Source: Phycisphaerae bacterium (GTDB taxonomy: Bacteria > Planctomycetota > Phycisphaerae > UBA1845 > Fen-1342). Taken from it: a stretch of 64,000 nt of DNA. Both the position numbers and the translations under genes were made by a program. A model generated the notes under the pieces. It was given only the letters and a program-made list of their open reading frames with translations. It did not search any database and was not told the DNA's origin. Position 1 is the first letter of the stretch, and each line of letters begins with the position of its first letter. Below, piece after piece: positions 20,477 through 30,855 of the stretch. The stretch is taken from NCBI GenBank assembly GCA_963675745.2, contig CAXXWX010000005.1:84667-148666 (forward strand), written 5' to 3'.

Positions 20477-20773
20477 TTACTCTTCGCCGAACCCCGATTC
20501 GATCAGCGCCGTCAGCGCGTCGAGCATTTCGTGTGCGTCCGATCCTTCCGTGACCACACGCACTTTTGTGCCTTGGGTGGCGACGAGCATCAAGAGCTCC
20601 ATCGGGCTGCGACCATCCGCCTGCCGCTCCTGGCAGTGGACCGTCACCCGAGCCTTGTAGCGCGCAGCGGCGTCAACAAACTGCATGATCGGGCGAAAAT
20701 GCAGTCCCTCCTTGTTGGGGATCACCGTCTCCCGTTCCAAGGCGTTGCCCGGTTCTCTTGCTGCCTCGGCCAT
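20477..20773 (-). CDS. ptsH: HPr phosphocarrier
   Basis: NKEGLHFRP (His15 equivalent) and ADGRSPMELLML (Ser46 equivalent). Confidence 0.92.
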   Translation of the reverse strand: MAEAAREPGNALERETVIPNKEGLHFRPIMQFVDAAARYKARVTVHCQERQADGRSPMELLMLVATQGTKVRVVTEGSDAHEMLDALTALIESGFGEE

Positions 20774-20786
20774 CTGCCCTGCGCCG

Positions 20787-21266
20787 TCAGCTCACCAATA
20801 AGTTCTCGTCGGCTTCCACCAATAAGTCGTAGATCTTCTCTTCACTGTCCGATTGCCGCAGAAACCTGCGGAATTTCTCCTGCTGGAGCACGCGAAAAAC
20901 GACATCCATCGCGCGCAGGTGCGTCTCGTTGTCCTCCGCCGGGCTTACGATCAGGAAAACGCCGAATACCGGTTGGCCGTCCAGCGAAGAAAAGTCGACG
21001 CCATCCACGCTACGACCGACGGCGGCCACGACGCGCGGCAGGCCTGCGACCTTGGCGTGCGGTACGGCGACCCCCTTGCCAAACCCCGTTGTGCCCCGCG
21101 AGCGCTCGCGCGCGATAATCGATTTCGTCACGCGTTCGACCGCATCAGCCTCAATCTGGTCGCTGGCGGCCAGAATCGCCACCAACTCGCGGATCACGCC
21201 GTTGCGGTCCGCCGACTTCAACTCGGGTACGATTGCCTTTCGGTCAACCAGATTTAGCAGTTTCAT
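20787..21266 (-). CDS. ptsN: PTS IIA component (fructose/Ntr type)
   Basis: RERSRGTTGFGKGVAVPHA, GVDFSSLDGQPV; in hpf-ptsN-ptsH context. Confidence 0.88.
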   Translation of the reverse strand: MKLLNLVDRKAIVPELKSADRNGVIRELVAILAASDQIEADAVERVTKSIIARERSRGTTGFGKGVAVPHAKVAGLPRVVAAVGRSVDGVDFSSLDGQPVFGVFLIVSPAEDNETHLRAMDVVFRVLQQEKFRRFLRQSDSEEKIYDLLVEADENLLVS

Positions 21267-21294
21267 GCAGTACTCCGCGTCTGCGTTACGATGC

Positions 21295-21624
21295 CTAGGC
21301 CAGTTCCGCACCTTCGCTGGTTCGTGGGGGGTGCTTGCGGTTACGCATTTTCCCTTTATGACGGGTCAGTTGACGCTCTATCTTGTCGATCAGCAAGTCA
21401 ATCGCCGCGTACAGGTCTGCATGTTGCTCGGTAGCCACAAACGGCGGGGAACCCTCGCTGTGAACGATGATCTCGGCATCATGCACGCCTGCATGACCGT
21501 CCAGAATGACCTCGATCGACTGGATGCGATCGTAGAATCGCGGCAGGCGCCCCGCCTTGTCCTCGCAGTACGCGCGCACAGAGTCACTGATGCTCATGTG
21601 ACGGCCCGAGACGTTTACTCGCAT
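21295..21624 (-). CDS. hpf: Ribosome hibernation promoting factor (short HPF/RaiA)
   Basis: MRVNVSGRHM...DLYAAIDLLIDKIERQLTRHKGK. Confidence 0.92.
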   Translation of the reverse strand: MRVNVSGRHMSISDSVRAYCEDKAGRLPRFYDRIQSIEVILDGHAGVHDAEIIVHSEGSPPFVATEQHADLYAAIDLLIDKIERQLTRHKGKMRNRKHPPRTSEGAELA

Positions 21625-21919
21625 CCGAATCTCCTCTTGGCGCCCGTCCCGCGTCGCTGAGCTCCCTGGGCGCGCTGGACAGACTGACATCATTCCCGCA
21701 CCGAGCATGCGTCGGCGCGGGGTGTGCTCGCTGAGTGGTCCAACTCGACAGCGCGGAATCTAGCGGATGAGTGTGGAGACCGTCAAGCCGGGCGTGGCAA
21801 CTCACGCCACCAGAACAACGGCAGTTGCCCCACGCGCAACCGTGAATCAACCGGGAGTTGCTTGTTAAGTGTTTGCTAGTCAAGTAGTTAGGTCGCAGAT
21901 TGCAAGCGGACGCGCCCAC

Positions 21920-22909
21920 CTATGCCAACCGGCTCGACTTGCGCTCGATGAGCGTCGGCGCCACCGCGGTCTGCCCGGGCGCGTCCAGGCGGGTCTTCGA
22001 CAGACGCTGCAAAGCCAGGTCCATGGCGCGTCGGCCGATCTCTTCGCCCGATAAGTCGGTAGTGGTCAGCGCCGGGCGAATCTGTGCGCCGGCACGCGAA
22101 TTGCCCTGTCCGGCGACCGCGACGTCCTCTCCTACCACCCGACCGGCGTGCTGCAGCGCCAGCATGACGCACAACGCCACTGCATCGTCACAGGCGGCAA
22201 TGCCCCGCACCCGACCGATGTGTGGCTCCAGTGCCATCCGCAGTTCAGCCGCATCCGCGTTCGAACCGAGTTCGATTGTAGCGGTCGCACCGGCGATGCC
22301 GCGCTCCGCCAGCACCTGCTGAAACCCGTCAAGCCGTTCGCGCCGGGGGCCCTGTTGGACGTACAGCACATCCTGCCCCGCCCGGTCGAGCAAGTGGCGC
22401 GCCACCAGTCGCCCCGATTCGGCCTCGTCGGACACTAACACATCGGCATTGATGCCGCCCGCTGGCTGGCACAGCACGATCGTCTGGCTCGCAAGCGCTT
22501 CACGCACCGGCGTCGTCAACGGTGGCTCCAGCCGGGCCGCAATCAGAATCCCATCCACGCGCTCCCGCGTGATGCGGTTGGCACGCGCCAGTCGTTTATC
22601 AGCGTCCGCCCCGAGCTCGACCACGTAGACCGCATAGCGGGCGTCTTCGGCCCGTGCGATAACGCCGCGCAGGAATGACGTCGCCGACACATCCAGCAGG
22701 TCATCCACGACGACAGCCACCGCGTAGCTCCGGCCGGTGGCCAGCGAGCGGGCCGCCTGGCTGGGCACATAGTTGAGCTCGCGACACGCCTCCAACACCC
22801 GCTGCTTGGTGTGGGCGCTGATGTCGGGCCGATCATTCAGCGCGCGCGAGACCGTTCCGCGGGAGAGTTGCGTCTGCCGGCTTATGTCTTCGATTGTGAC
22901 TTTGCTCAT
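21920..22909 (-). CDS. LacI family transcriptional regulator
   Basis: VTIEDISRQTQLSRGTVSRALN HTH, LNYVPSQAARSL, C-terminal PALTT...LIERKS. Confidence 0.93.
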   Translation of the reverse strand: MSKVTIEDISRQTQLSRGTVSRALNDRPDISAHTKQRVLEACRELNYVPSQAARSLATGRSYAVAVVVDDLLDVSATSFLRGVIARAEDARYAVYVVELGADADKRLARANRITRERVDGILIAARLEPPLTTPVREALASQTIVLCQPAGGINADVLVSDEAESGRLVARHLLDRAGQDVLYVQQGPRRERLDGFQQVLAERGIAGATATIELGSNADAAELRMALEPHIGRVRGIAACDDAVALCVMLALQHAGRVVGEDVAVAGQGNSRAGAQIRPALTTTDLSGEEIGRRAMDLALQRLSKTRLDAPGQTAVAPTLIERKSSRLA

Positions 22910-23111
22910 GATCGTGCCCGCGACGAAGAGAAGCCCCGGAAGTGCTGGGGCGACCGCATGAGTCCCCACTGGGCATCATTGTCCTGATTGTACCGCGCGT
23001 CCGATATGTTGCAAATCTTGCCTGCGGAAACATGACTCAGCGCCGGACTTGCTCGCAAGAGCAGGTTAATCGCTGGGCGCTGCCGCCACAATTGAGCGCA
23101 TTCCTGTGCCG

Positions 23112-26100
23112 CTATTCGGTTCCAAACAACTCTTCAAGCAGTACGGCGGCGTCCTGCGTGCCGATCGCCGGCGTGTTGTATTGTTCGAACGGGCGCAGCG
23201 CGCCTTCGGTGAATTCCGGCGCCGTCGTGACTATTGTGCCCAGGTTGCCGTTGCCGTCATCCCAGAGCTGGATCAGGTCCATGATGTCATTCGAGGTCAG
23301 GTCCTGGTCTTCCGTGCGCCGCAGGCCCATCAGGAAGCCCATCTCGTGGCCCGTCGCATTACCCAACACCAACCCCATCAGCGTCGGCGATAGCGTGCCG
23401 GTCACGTTGAGGATCCCCTCGAGGCCGACAATTGCGGTGCCGGTCAGCGTCTCGTTGCGCGGGTCAATGTAGTCGGCGCGGCCCAGGTCATAGACGCGCC
23501 AACTCCCCGAGCGGGTATACACGTACGGCGCGTTGAGCGAGCCCGAGAACAGCCAGTTCACCTCGGTGGTGAAAGTGCCGCCAAAGTATACGGTCTGGTA
23601 TGGCTGTGCGGGCGGCGGGCCCTCATCACTGGTCGTCACCTCGACGTCATACCCAATCAGCAGCGTTCGTACGCGTTGCACGAGTGCCGGCTTGATCAGG
23701 TTGTCGATCTCGTTCGGGTCCGGGTAGAAGTCCGCCAGAATGTCATTGAACGGGCGAACCAGTACGGGCAGTTCGCCGGCCACGTTGACCACGTCCGCGC
23801 CAGTGAAGTCCAGGTACACACGTTGCTGCCGCGGCGCCAGCCGCGTTTCCAGCTCCTCATCGCTCAGCCCCAGTTCATCAACGCGTTCAACGCGGATCTT
23901 CACGCTGGTGGCCGTATCGGTGACGAAGTAGTGCGACGAGCTGTTTGTCCCGATCAGCAGCTTGGCATCTGGCGTGAACAGTATGTTCGGCGCGTTCGGA
24001 TCCGGCGCGCCCTGGTACCAGGTCACGGCGCGCTGCTCGCGATCAAGCACCATCACGCTGTAAAACCCGTCGATCTCCGTGCCCTCGTTGACGGTCTGGA
24101 CCGCGTTATTGATCGTCGAGGGGAACTCCAGCTCGCTGTAATACTCGTCGTATCCCGGTTGGGTCATGAAGCTGAAGAAAAGGCGATCGCCGCGGCTGAG
24201 CGTGCCGATGTCGAATATCTGACGTCGCGTCGAGGGCGCCACCACCACGGCGACCTCGTTGTTGTACAACGAGACGCGCGGCGTGTCCGTGCCGACTGTG
24301 CCCGTGAACGGCTCAACAACCTGCACCAGCGTCTGGGCGTATACCCGCGAAGGTTGCGTGCGATCCGTCGCCACCTCGGCCCACAGGAAGTAAGTGCCCG
24401 GCTCAACCGCCGCCCCGGCCAGGTCGAGCGGCTGGGGCGTCGTGAGATTCAGGTCGTTGCCGTTCGGCACATCGGCGGAATCAAGTTGCAGATCGCTGGA
24501 AGTGGCCACCGCGATCACCAACTGGTCACCCGTGTTGGAGAAATCAACGTCGCTGATGATCGAGGCACACGGAGCCAACGTCTGCTCCAACTCGCCGGTC
24601 TGAGCGTTCCAGAGCTTCGCCGACCAGTCGCGGCTGCCCGTGGCCACCTGCGTGCCATCCGGCGAATACGCGACGGCCACCACCGGCAATGTGTGGCCCA
24701 CGAACGTGCGCACCAGCGACCCATCCGTGACGTTCCACAAATGGGCGCTGTTGTCGCCGCCGCCGCTCAGAATCTGCGTCTGGTCCGGCGAGAATGCCAC
24801 GGAGTACACCGGCGCGTCGTGGCCGGCGTATTGCAGAAGCTCCGCTCCGCTCACGCGGTCCCAGAGCCGCACCGTGCCATCAATGCTGGAAGTGGCCATC
24901 AGTTCATTCGAGAACGCCACGTCGGTCACGCTCAAGTCGTGCCCGACATACTCCCGCAGAACCTGGGCGGTTGCGATGTCCCAAAGCAGTACACGCCGGT
25001 CGGTGCTGACCGAGGCGAGTTGTGTTCCGCCGGGGGAAACCTCGACGGCGTTGATCGCGCCGCTGTGCAGTGCGAAAGTTTGCAGGATGGCGCCGGTCTG
25101 CGCATCACGCAGCATAACGCGCCCGTCCTCAAGACCCACCGCGAACTGCGTCCCGTCCAACGCCCATCCGATGGCTGTGACCGCCGAGTCGTTGCCCGTG
25201 TACGTGAGGATCAACTCGCCGGTTGCGGCGTCGTGCAGGCGCATGGTGCCGTCGGCGCTGGAGGTCAGGATTGTCGTACCGTCAGGTGAGAACTGTGACG
25301 CGAGCACGCGGTCTTCGTGACCGGTCAACCGCAGGTCCTCGCCACCGTTGTCGGTACTGTAGACAACAGCCTGGGCTTCGCACTCATCGAGGTCGCGATC
25401 CAGACCCGCGCGGACGAAGTGCGGCACGCCGCGCTCAACCTCGTAGTCCACGTGCGTCCACAACACGGCGTCTTGCGGGATCACAATGTTCTGGATGGTG
25501 GATGGCGGTGACAGAAACTCAATCGCCGGCCGCGCAATGCCGACGTCGATGACGACCAGGGCCTTACCCTGAATCCCCGTGGCGTCGGTGACCGTCAATT
25601 CCGCCCGGTAAGCGCCCGGACGCGCATACGTGTGCGCCACCGAAGGCAGCACCTCGGTCGTACCATCGCCGAATTCCCAGAGGTACGAGACAATGCCGTT
25701 GTTTGGCGCATTGGGTTCGCGGTCGGGGTCATCCGAACCGGAAGCGTCGAACACGAAAACCGCTGGCGCCGTCTCCGACGAGGTCCGGTCGACACTGATG
25801 CGCGCCACCGGCGCGTTGGTGACGGCGATCTCGATCGAGCGGCTAGCGCTTGCCGCCGGGACCGCGTCATCGGTCAGCGTCAGCGTGACTACGAAGACCC
25901 CGGTGGTCTGAAACGTGTGGATCGGCGAGATTTCCTGGCTCGTCGTGCCATCGCCAAAATCCCACCGGCGCGACACGATCAGGCGATCATCCGTGCTGTC
26001 AGATGATGAAAAACGTACCGTGAGGGGGGCGATCCCCCGGGTTACGTCAGCCGTTATGACGACGTTCGGCGGCAGGTTGAAGCCCCCGCCCACCACCGCG

Positions 26101-26198
26101 GAGCCGCTGATGGTGTCCGTTGTGCAGCCCGACGGAGACCCGAGTAATACACAACAAGTAGCGGTTGCAATCGCCAAGACCAAGATCCATGCACGCAT
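23112..26198 (-). CDS. Secreted/lipoprotein with two PKD domains, WD40 propeller and C-terminal zincin-like domain
   Basis: WDFGDG/WEFGDG; repeated GH...FSPDG...LW units; HEMGFLMGL near the C-terminus. Confidence 0.85.
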   Translation of the reverse strand: MRAWILVLAIATATCCVLLGSPSGCTTDTISGSAVVGGGFNLPPNVVITADVTRGIAPLTVRFSSSDSTDDRLIVSRRWDFGDGTTSQEISPIHTFQTTGVFVVTLTLTDDAVPAASASRSIEIAVTNAPVARISVDRTSSETAPAVFVFDASGSDDPDREPNAPNNGIVSYLWEFGDGTTEVLPSVAHTYARPGAYRAELTVTDATGIQGKALVVIDVGIARPAIEFLSPPSTIQNIVIPQDAVLWTHVDYEVERGVPHFVRAGLDRDLDECEAQAVVYSTDNGGEDLRLTGHEDRVLASQFSPDGTTILTSSADGTMRLHDAATGELILTYTGNDSAVTAIGWALDGTQFAVGLEDGRVMLRDAQTGAILQTFALHSGAINAVEVSPGGTQLASVSTDRRVLLWDIATAQVLREYVGHDLSVTDVAFSNELMATSSIDGTVRLWDRVSGAELLQYAGHDAPVYSVAFSPDQTQILSGGGDNSAHLWNVTDGSLVRTFVGHTLPVVAVAYSPDGTQVATGSRDWSAKLWNAQTGELEQTLAPCASIISDVDFSNTGDQLVIAVATSSDLQLDSADVPNGNDLNLTTPQPLDLAGAAVEPGTYFLWAEVATDRTQPSRVYAQTLVQVVEPFTGTVGTDTPRVSLYNNEVAVVVAPSTRRQIFDIGTLSRGDRLFFSFMTQPGYDEYYSELEFPSTINNAVQTVNEGTEIDGFYSVMVLDREQRAVTWYQGAPDPNAPNILFTPDAKLLIGTNSSSHYFVTDTATSVKIRVERVDELGLSDEELETRLAPRQQRVYLDFTGADVVNVAGELPVLVRPFNDILADFYPDPNEIDNLIKPALVQRVRTLLIGYDVEVTTSDEGPPPAQPYQTVYFGGTFTTEVNWLFSGSLNAPYVYTRSGSWRVYDLGRADYIDPRNETLTGTAIVGLEGILNVTGTLSPTLMGLVLGNATGHEMGFLMGLRRTEDQDLTSNDIMDLIQLWDDGNGNLGTIVTTAPEFTEGALRPFEQYNTPAIGTQDAAVLLEELFGTE

Positions 26199-26360
26199 GA
26201 TGGCTCCTAAGGGAACAGACGCCTGCTTGCCGGTCGCACAGTGACCGCCGTAAGTATGGGCCGGGTAAGGAGTCCCTTCAAGAGCTTGACGACGCCGATA
26301 GAATAGGAATATCGTCGCTCAGTGAGCGTCAGAGCCACTTGCAGGCATGCCGGAATCACG

Positions 26361-26999
26361 ATGAAAACACGCAATTTGATCCTGAGCCTCGTCCTGGCGG
26401 CGATTACCGCGGCTGCCGGATGCCCAGTCACACCGTCGGGCGGTCTGGGGTCTGACATTCCGGCCTCTTCAGGCATTGGCTCGGGGGGCGGCTCGACCAC
26501 GGAACCGAGTTCGACGGCCCCGGCCGGCACGCCGGTGACGGCGGGCAGCGGTAGCGGGGCCTCCTCAGCCACCGAGCTGCCCGGCTGCCTCGAACCCGCC
26601 GACGCCGACGCGTGGCGCCTCCGCGTGCTCCAACTGACTAACCAGCAGCGCGCGGCCCTGGGTCTGCCGCCACTCAAGCGCAACGCGACACTCGAAGACC
26701 AGGCCAACCGCTATGCCTGCGAGATGATCTACTACGATTTCTTCGATCACGTAAACCCCACCACGGGCAGCACGCTCGATGTGCGTGCCGCCGAGTTCGG
26801 CTATCAGTATCTCAAGATCGGCGAGAATCTGGCCGCCGGTCAACGGTCGCCCGAGGACGTCGTCGAGGATTGGATGGGCAGTCCGGGCCACCGCGAGAAC
26901 ATCGTCGACCCCGAGTTCACCGAGATCGGCATCGGAATCCGCCAGGGCGGCCAGCACGAGTATTATTGGGTTCAGGAATTCGGCAGTCCCTTCCCCTGA
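26361..26999 (+). CDS. CAP/SCP domain lipoprotein
   Basis: Lipobox-like AAAGC; NQQRAALGL, GENLAAG, WMGSPGHRENI, YWVQEFG. Confidence 0.92.
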   Translation: MKTRNLILSLVLAAITAAAGCPVTPSGGLGSDIPASSGIGSGGGSTTEPSSTAPAGTPVTAGSGSGASSATELPGCLEPADADAWRLRVLQLTNQQRAALGLPPLKRNATLEDQANRYACEMIYYDFFDHVNPTTGSTLDVRAAEFGYQYLKIGENLAAGQRSPEDVVEDWMGSPGHRENIVDPEFTEIGIGIRQGGQHEYYWVQEFGSPFP

Positions 27000-27265
27000 T
27001 CCTCCGACCCACCCCCCACCGCGACACCGCCGATATAATGCCGCCGCGCCGGCCAGGGCAGCGGCCGATGCTGCACTGCCGGTCTGCACGCATTATCGGC
27101 GACGCCCCGCCGGGCTTCGATAGCGCGATACGCGCGGATTTGCTTGGACTTCACGCATGCGAACGCATAAAAATGGGTGTATACAACGGCAGTTGTTCGG
27201 ATGGCTAATGACGTTCCCATCCGGTGCCGGCGTTAATGGTCTGCCGACCTTTGGAGGTTGGGAAG

Positions 27266-27340
27266 ATGTTTGTGCTTTGGACGCCACAACGTATGCGTGT
27301 CGCACTCTTCTTCGTCGCCGCCTACCTGGCCCTCTGCTGA
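27266..27340 (+). CDS. Putative 24-aa hydrophobic small protein MFVLWTPQRMRVALFFVAAYLALC
   Basis: GGAGG at 27253-27257, 8 nt before the ATG; below the ORF-track cutoff; no homology evidence. Confidence 0.45.
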   Translation: MFVLWTPQRMRVALFFVAAYLALC

Positions 27341-27394
27341 GTAGCGTTCCGGCGATCCGTGTGAGGCGTGCCGGCCGATGAGCAACACGCCGAG

Positions 27395-27820
27395 ATGACA
27401 TCTCCACGATTCAATATCGAAGACCTTCGTCCTCTGATCGATGTGCGTTTCGCGCGCTCGTCCGGGCCTGGTGGCCAAAACGTCAACAAGGTCAACACGC
27501 GCGTAACCCTACTGTTTGACTTCGCGAACTCCGCCGTGCTGACGCCCGCTCAGCGCGGGCGCATTCGTGACCGTCTGCGCACGCGTCTGTCGAGTGATGG
27601 GCGGCTGCGCGTCGTCAGCCAGGCCGAGCGCACCCAGCCGGCCAACCGCGCGCGCGCCGAGTCGCGTCTGCTGGAGCTGCTCACAGACACGCTTAAGGTC
27701 CGAAAGGCCCGTCGTCCGACCCGGCCCACAAGAGCCTCGCAGGAGAGGCGTCTGCGCGCCAAGCGCGAGCACGGCCAGAAAAAAAGCCAACGCCGCGCTC
27801 GGGTGGGCCGCGACGACTGA
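27395..27820 (+). CDS. arfB: Alternative ribosome rescue peptidyl-tRNA hydrolase ArfB
   Basis: RSSGPGGQNVNKV, ERTQPANR, basic tail RRPTRPTRASQERRL. Confidence 0.95.
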   Translation: MTSPRFNIEDLRPLIDVRFARSSGPGGQNVNKVNTRVTLLFDFANSAVLTPAQRGRIRDRLRTRLSSDGRLRVVSQAERTQPANRARAESRLLELLTDTLKVRKARRPTRPTRASQERRLRAKREHGQKKSQRRARVGRDD

Positions 27821-27867
27821 CCCCTCCCGGCCACGGCATCGGGCCGGGGCCCCCGCCGGTGTGCCGC

Positions 27868-28946
27868 CTATTCCAGAACTTGCTGATACACGCGAATGAG
27901 CGCATCTACCGCCGCGTCGGTACCCGCGTGCGCGCTTGCCCAGCTCTCTGCCGCCTCGGCCAACCGGTCGCGCAGCGCCGCGTCCGCGTGCAAGCGGCGT
28001 AACGCGCCCGCAAACTCAGCCGCCGAATCACCAGGCACCAACAGCATGCGCTCATTCGCACCCGCTATGTCACGCAGCGTCGGCAGATCACTGGCGACGA
28101 TTGCCAGCCCGAATGCCATCGCTTCGAGCAGCGCGTTCGGCATTCCTTCCGTCAGGAAGGCAGGCAGAACACATCCGCCGCCGACATCACCCGTCCAACA
28201 TCGGCCTGCCAGCCCAGCAGTTGGATACGTTCCGCGACCGGGCTTTCGGCGACCATCCGCTCAACTTCCGCGTGGTACGGGCCATCGCCGGCGATGAGAA
28301 CGCGCGCGTTCAAATCGGCGAGCTCCCGCGCACAGTCGATTAGAACGTCGATCCGCTTGACCGGGTCAAGCCGCCCTGCCCACAGCACCACAAAGTCGTC
28401 ACGGTCGACGCTGAACATCTCGCGCGCCGTGTCACGTTCGATGCGCGACGGCGCGACGATCGACGGGGGAATCACGTGTACCTTGTGCCGCGGAACGCGA
28501 AACGTCTCGACGACATGGTCGGCCAGCGCCGGGCTGTTCACGATATGGCCGGCATCGAACGATGAGCTCGCCCGCTCCAGCCACGCGTGCCATTGACGCT
28601 CGACTTCGATCGTCGCCGTGGATGTCAGCACGGGCACGCGGCATCGCTGGCCTACCAGCCGCGCCGCGACATTGGCGTGCATCAGCGTGGCGTGGATCAG
28701 GTCGGGTTGAAGATCACGAATGCGTGCCGCCAGCCGTTTCACTGCGGCCCAATCACGCGCGCCGGCCGCGTCGCACGCGAACGTCGGAATCCCATCGCGC
28801 GCCAGGTCCGCGCTCACCGGGCCCGCCGGCGCCAGGCAGCCAACATGCACGTCCACGCCCGCCCGCGATAACCCGCGCGCCAGCCGCGCAATGCGCAGCG
28901 GCGTCCCTCCGCGTTCGAGATCCGTCACCAGCAAGACTATACGCAC
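27868..28946 (-). CDS. GT4 glycosyltransferase; 1-bp frameshift at ~28155
   Basis: GRLDPVKR, AGDGP, DVFCLPS, then MPNALLEAMAFG in the next frame; one extra C restores PS-LTEG-MPN. Confidence 0.88.
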
Positions 28947-29179
28947 AATCCACCTTTCACCGTGCCGCGCGATCGACAGCACCGCAGCCCGTGTCCGGCC
29001 GCCGCGCCGGTTCGCCGTCCACGCCGGCGCACAGCCTACCACCGCGCGACACGCTGTTGAACCCGCGGCGCGGCGGCTTCCCCGCGCCAAGGGTGCTGCA
29101 CGATGGTGCCTTCGCTGATAAGCTATGGTCCGCCGCTGACCTCAAGTCGGCGTGCCCGCGGCCTGTAAGGAGCTTGCAA

Positions 29180-29971
29180 ATGCGCATCCTGTGCATCAAG
29201 ACGCTGTGGGGCCACACCGAGGGCCTGACTGATGATGATGACCTGGCGCGCATAAAGGCCGCGGGTTTTGACGGCGTGGAATGGTCCGCGCCGCGGATGG
29301 AACCGGCGCGCTGGAAAGACGTGTGTGAGAAGCACGGTCTGGTCTATATCGCGCAAGTCTCTGCCGATACGCCATCCGAGCTGGCCGCCGTCGTGGCCCA
29401 AGCCATTGCGTACGACCCGATCCTGATTAACGCGCAGGACGGCCGCGACCGGATGACGTTCGAGCAAGGCACGGAGTATCTCCGGGAAGCACTGCGGATC
29501 GAAGCCGATTGCCCGGTCGATATCGCGCATGAGACCCACCGGCGGCGACTCCTCTACACGCCCTGGACAACGGCGCAGTATCTCGACGCTTTTCCAGACC
29601 TGAAGATTTGTGCCGATTTCAGCCACTGGTGCGTCGTGTGCGAATCGCTCCTGACCGATCTGGAGGATCTCGTCGAGCAGGCCTGTGCCCGGGCGATTCA
29701 CATCCACGGTCGCGTCGGTTCCGAGCAGGCACCGCAGATCGCCGATCCACGCGCGCCTGAGTTTCGCCCCTATCTCGAACGGCACGAGCAGTGGTGGGAT
29801 CGCATACTCGAACTGCGCAAGCAAGCCCTGTGCAAGCAGACCACCTTTAACCCGGAGTTCGGTCCGCCCGGCTACATGCCCACGCTGCCCTACACCCAGC
29901 AGCCCGTCACAAACCTGTGGGACACGCACGTGTGGATGGCGCGGCGGCTGCGCTCGCGCTGGGAGCACTGA
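29180..29971 (+). CDS. Sugar-phosphate isomerase/epimerase (xylose-isomerase-like TIM barrel)
   Basis: AAGFDGVE, HETHR, ADFSHWCVVCES, HIHGRVG, PEFGPPGYM; start ATG 29180 after AAGGAG. Confidence 0.85.
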   Translation: MRILCIKTLWGHTEGLTDDDDLARIKAAGFDGVEWSAPRMEPARWKDVCEKHGLVYIAQVSADTPSELAAVVAQAIAYDPILINAQDGRDRMTFEQGTEYLREALRIEADCPVDIAHETHRRRLLYTPWTTAQYLDAFPDLKICADFSHWCVVCESLLTDLEDLVEQACARAIHIHGRVGSEQAPQIADPRAPEFRPYLERHEQWWDRILELRKQALCKQTTFNPEFGPPGYMPTLPYTQQPVTNLWDTHVWMARRLRSRWEH

Positions 29972-30002
29972 TCACGCGCAATGAGCGCGGCGGGAGATTT
30001 CC

Positions 30003-30401
30003 GTGGAGTTGAGTCCGGGCAAGCTGCTTTGTATCGCGCTGGGCGGGGGCATCGGTTCGGTGCTGCGCTACCTGGTTGCCTGGATGGCAGCGCGCTTCAC
30101 CGATGACTTCCCGCTGGGCACACTGCTGGTCAATGTTACCGGGGCGGCCCTGCTCGGGTTTCTGTTCGCCGCCACGCGCCGTGGGCCGCTGCTGATCGAC
30201 GAGACGCTTTACGTCGCGCTGACCATTGGCCTGCTCGGTGGGTTCACCACTTTTTCGACCTTCGCCAACGAGACTCTCAGCTTTGCCAGCGAGCGCGAGT
30301 GGGGGTTTTTTGCCGTTAACCTGCTGCTGAACAACGGTCTGGCACTGGTCGCCGCGTGGATCGGCTGGCGGTTGGCACAGAGAACATACGGAGTGGCGTA
30401 G
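30003..30401 (+). CDS. crcB: Fluoride channel FluC/CrcB
   Basis: GGGIGSVLRY, PLGTLLVN, GLLGGFTTFSTF. Confidence 0.95.
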   Translation: MELSPGKLLCIALGGGIGSVLRYLVAWMAARFTDDFPLGTLLVNVTGAALLGFLFAATRRGPLLIDETLYVALTIGLLGGFTTFSTFANETLSFASEREWGFFAVNLLLNNGLALVAAWIGWRLAQRTYGVA

Positions 30402-30403
30402 CA

Positions 30404-30748
30404 ATGAAGATTCCCGGAGACGGCTACCTGCTGCGGATCTTCCTGGGTGAGAGCGATCGCTGGCACGGACGGCCTCTGTACGAGGCGATTGTGATGAAGG
30501 CCCGCGAACTGAACATGGCCGGTGCGACCGTGCTGCGCGGGCCGATGGGTTTCGGCGCCAAGAGCCATATGCACACGGCGCGAATCCTGCGGCTGAGTGA
30601 GGACTTGCCGATGATTGTCGAGATTGTCGACAAGCGGGAGAACATCGACCGGCTGTTGCCATACATCGACGAAATGCTCACCGACGGCCTGGTGACGCTG
30701 GAGAAAGTGCAGGTCATAAAGTACCGAGCCGAGAAACCGGCGGACTAA
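30404..30748 (+). CDS. DUF190 (PII-like) protein
   Basis: LLRIFLGESD, AGATVLRGPMGFG, LSEDLPMIVEIVD; usual partner of crcB. Confidence 0.9.
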   Translation: MKIPGDGYLLRIFLGESDRWHGRPLYEAIVMKARELNMAGATVLRGPMGFGAKSHMHTARILRLSEDLPMIVEIVDKRENIDRLLPYIDEMLTDGLVTLEKVQVIKYRAEKPAD

Positions 30749-30855
30749 CGTCATTCCCGCTCCCGCGTAGCGGCCGACCCCCGAGTCGGCCGGTATCATG
30801 CCACGCAGTTTGCGGCCGCTACGCGCATCGGAGCCAATAAGGAGCACACTGTCAC

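Noticed and set aside
29095..29150. Fluoride riboswitch upstream of the TIM-barrel/crcB/DUF190 genes (CGATGGTG...TTCGC)
   Set aside because: Lacks the P1 pairing and the 3' GCTRATGAC-CC pseudoknot strand
28562..29179. N-terminal extension of ORF 28562..29971
   Set aside because: Overlaps the GT4 gene on the opposite strand; the real start is ATG 29180 with an RBS
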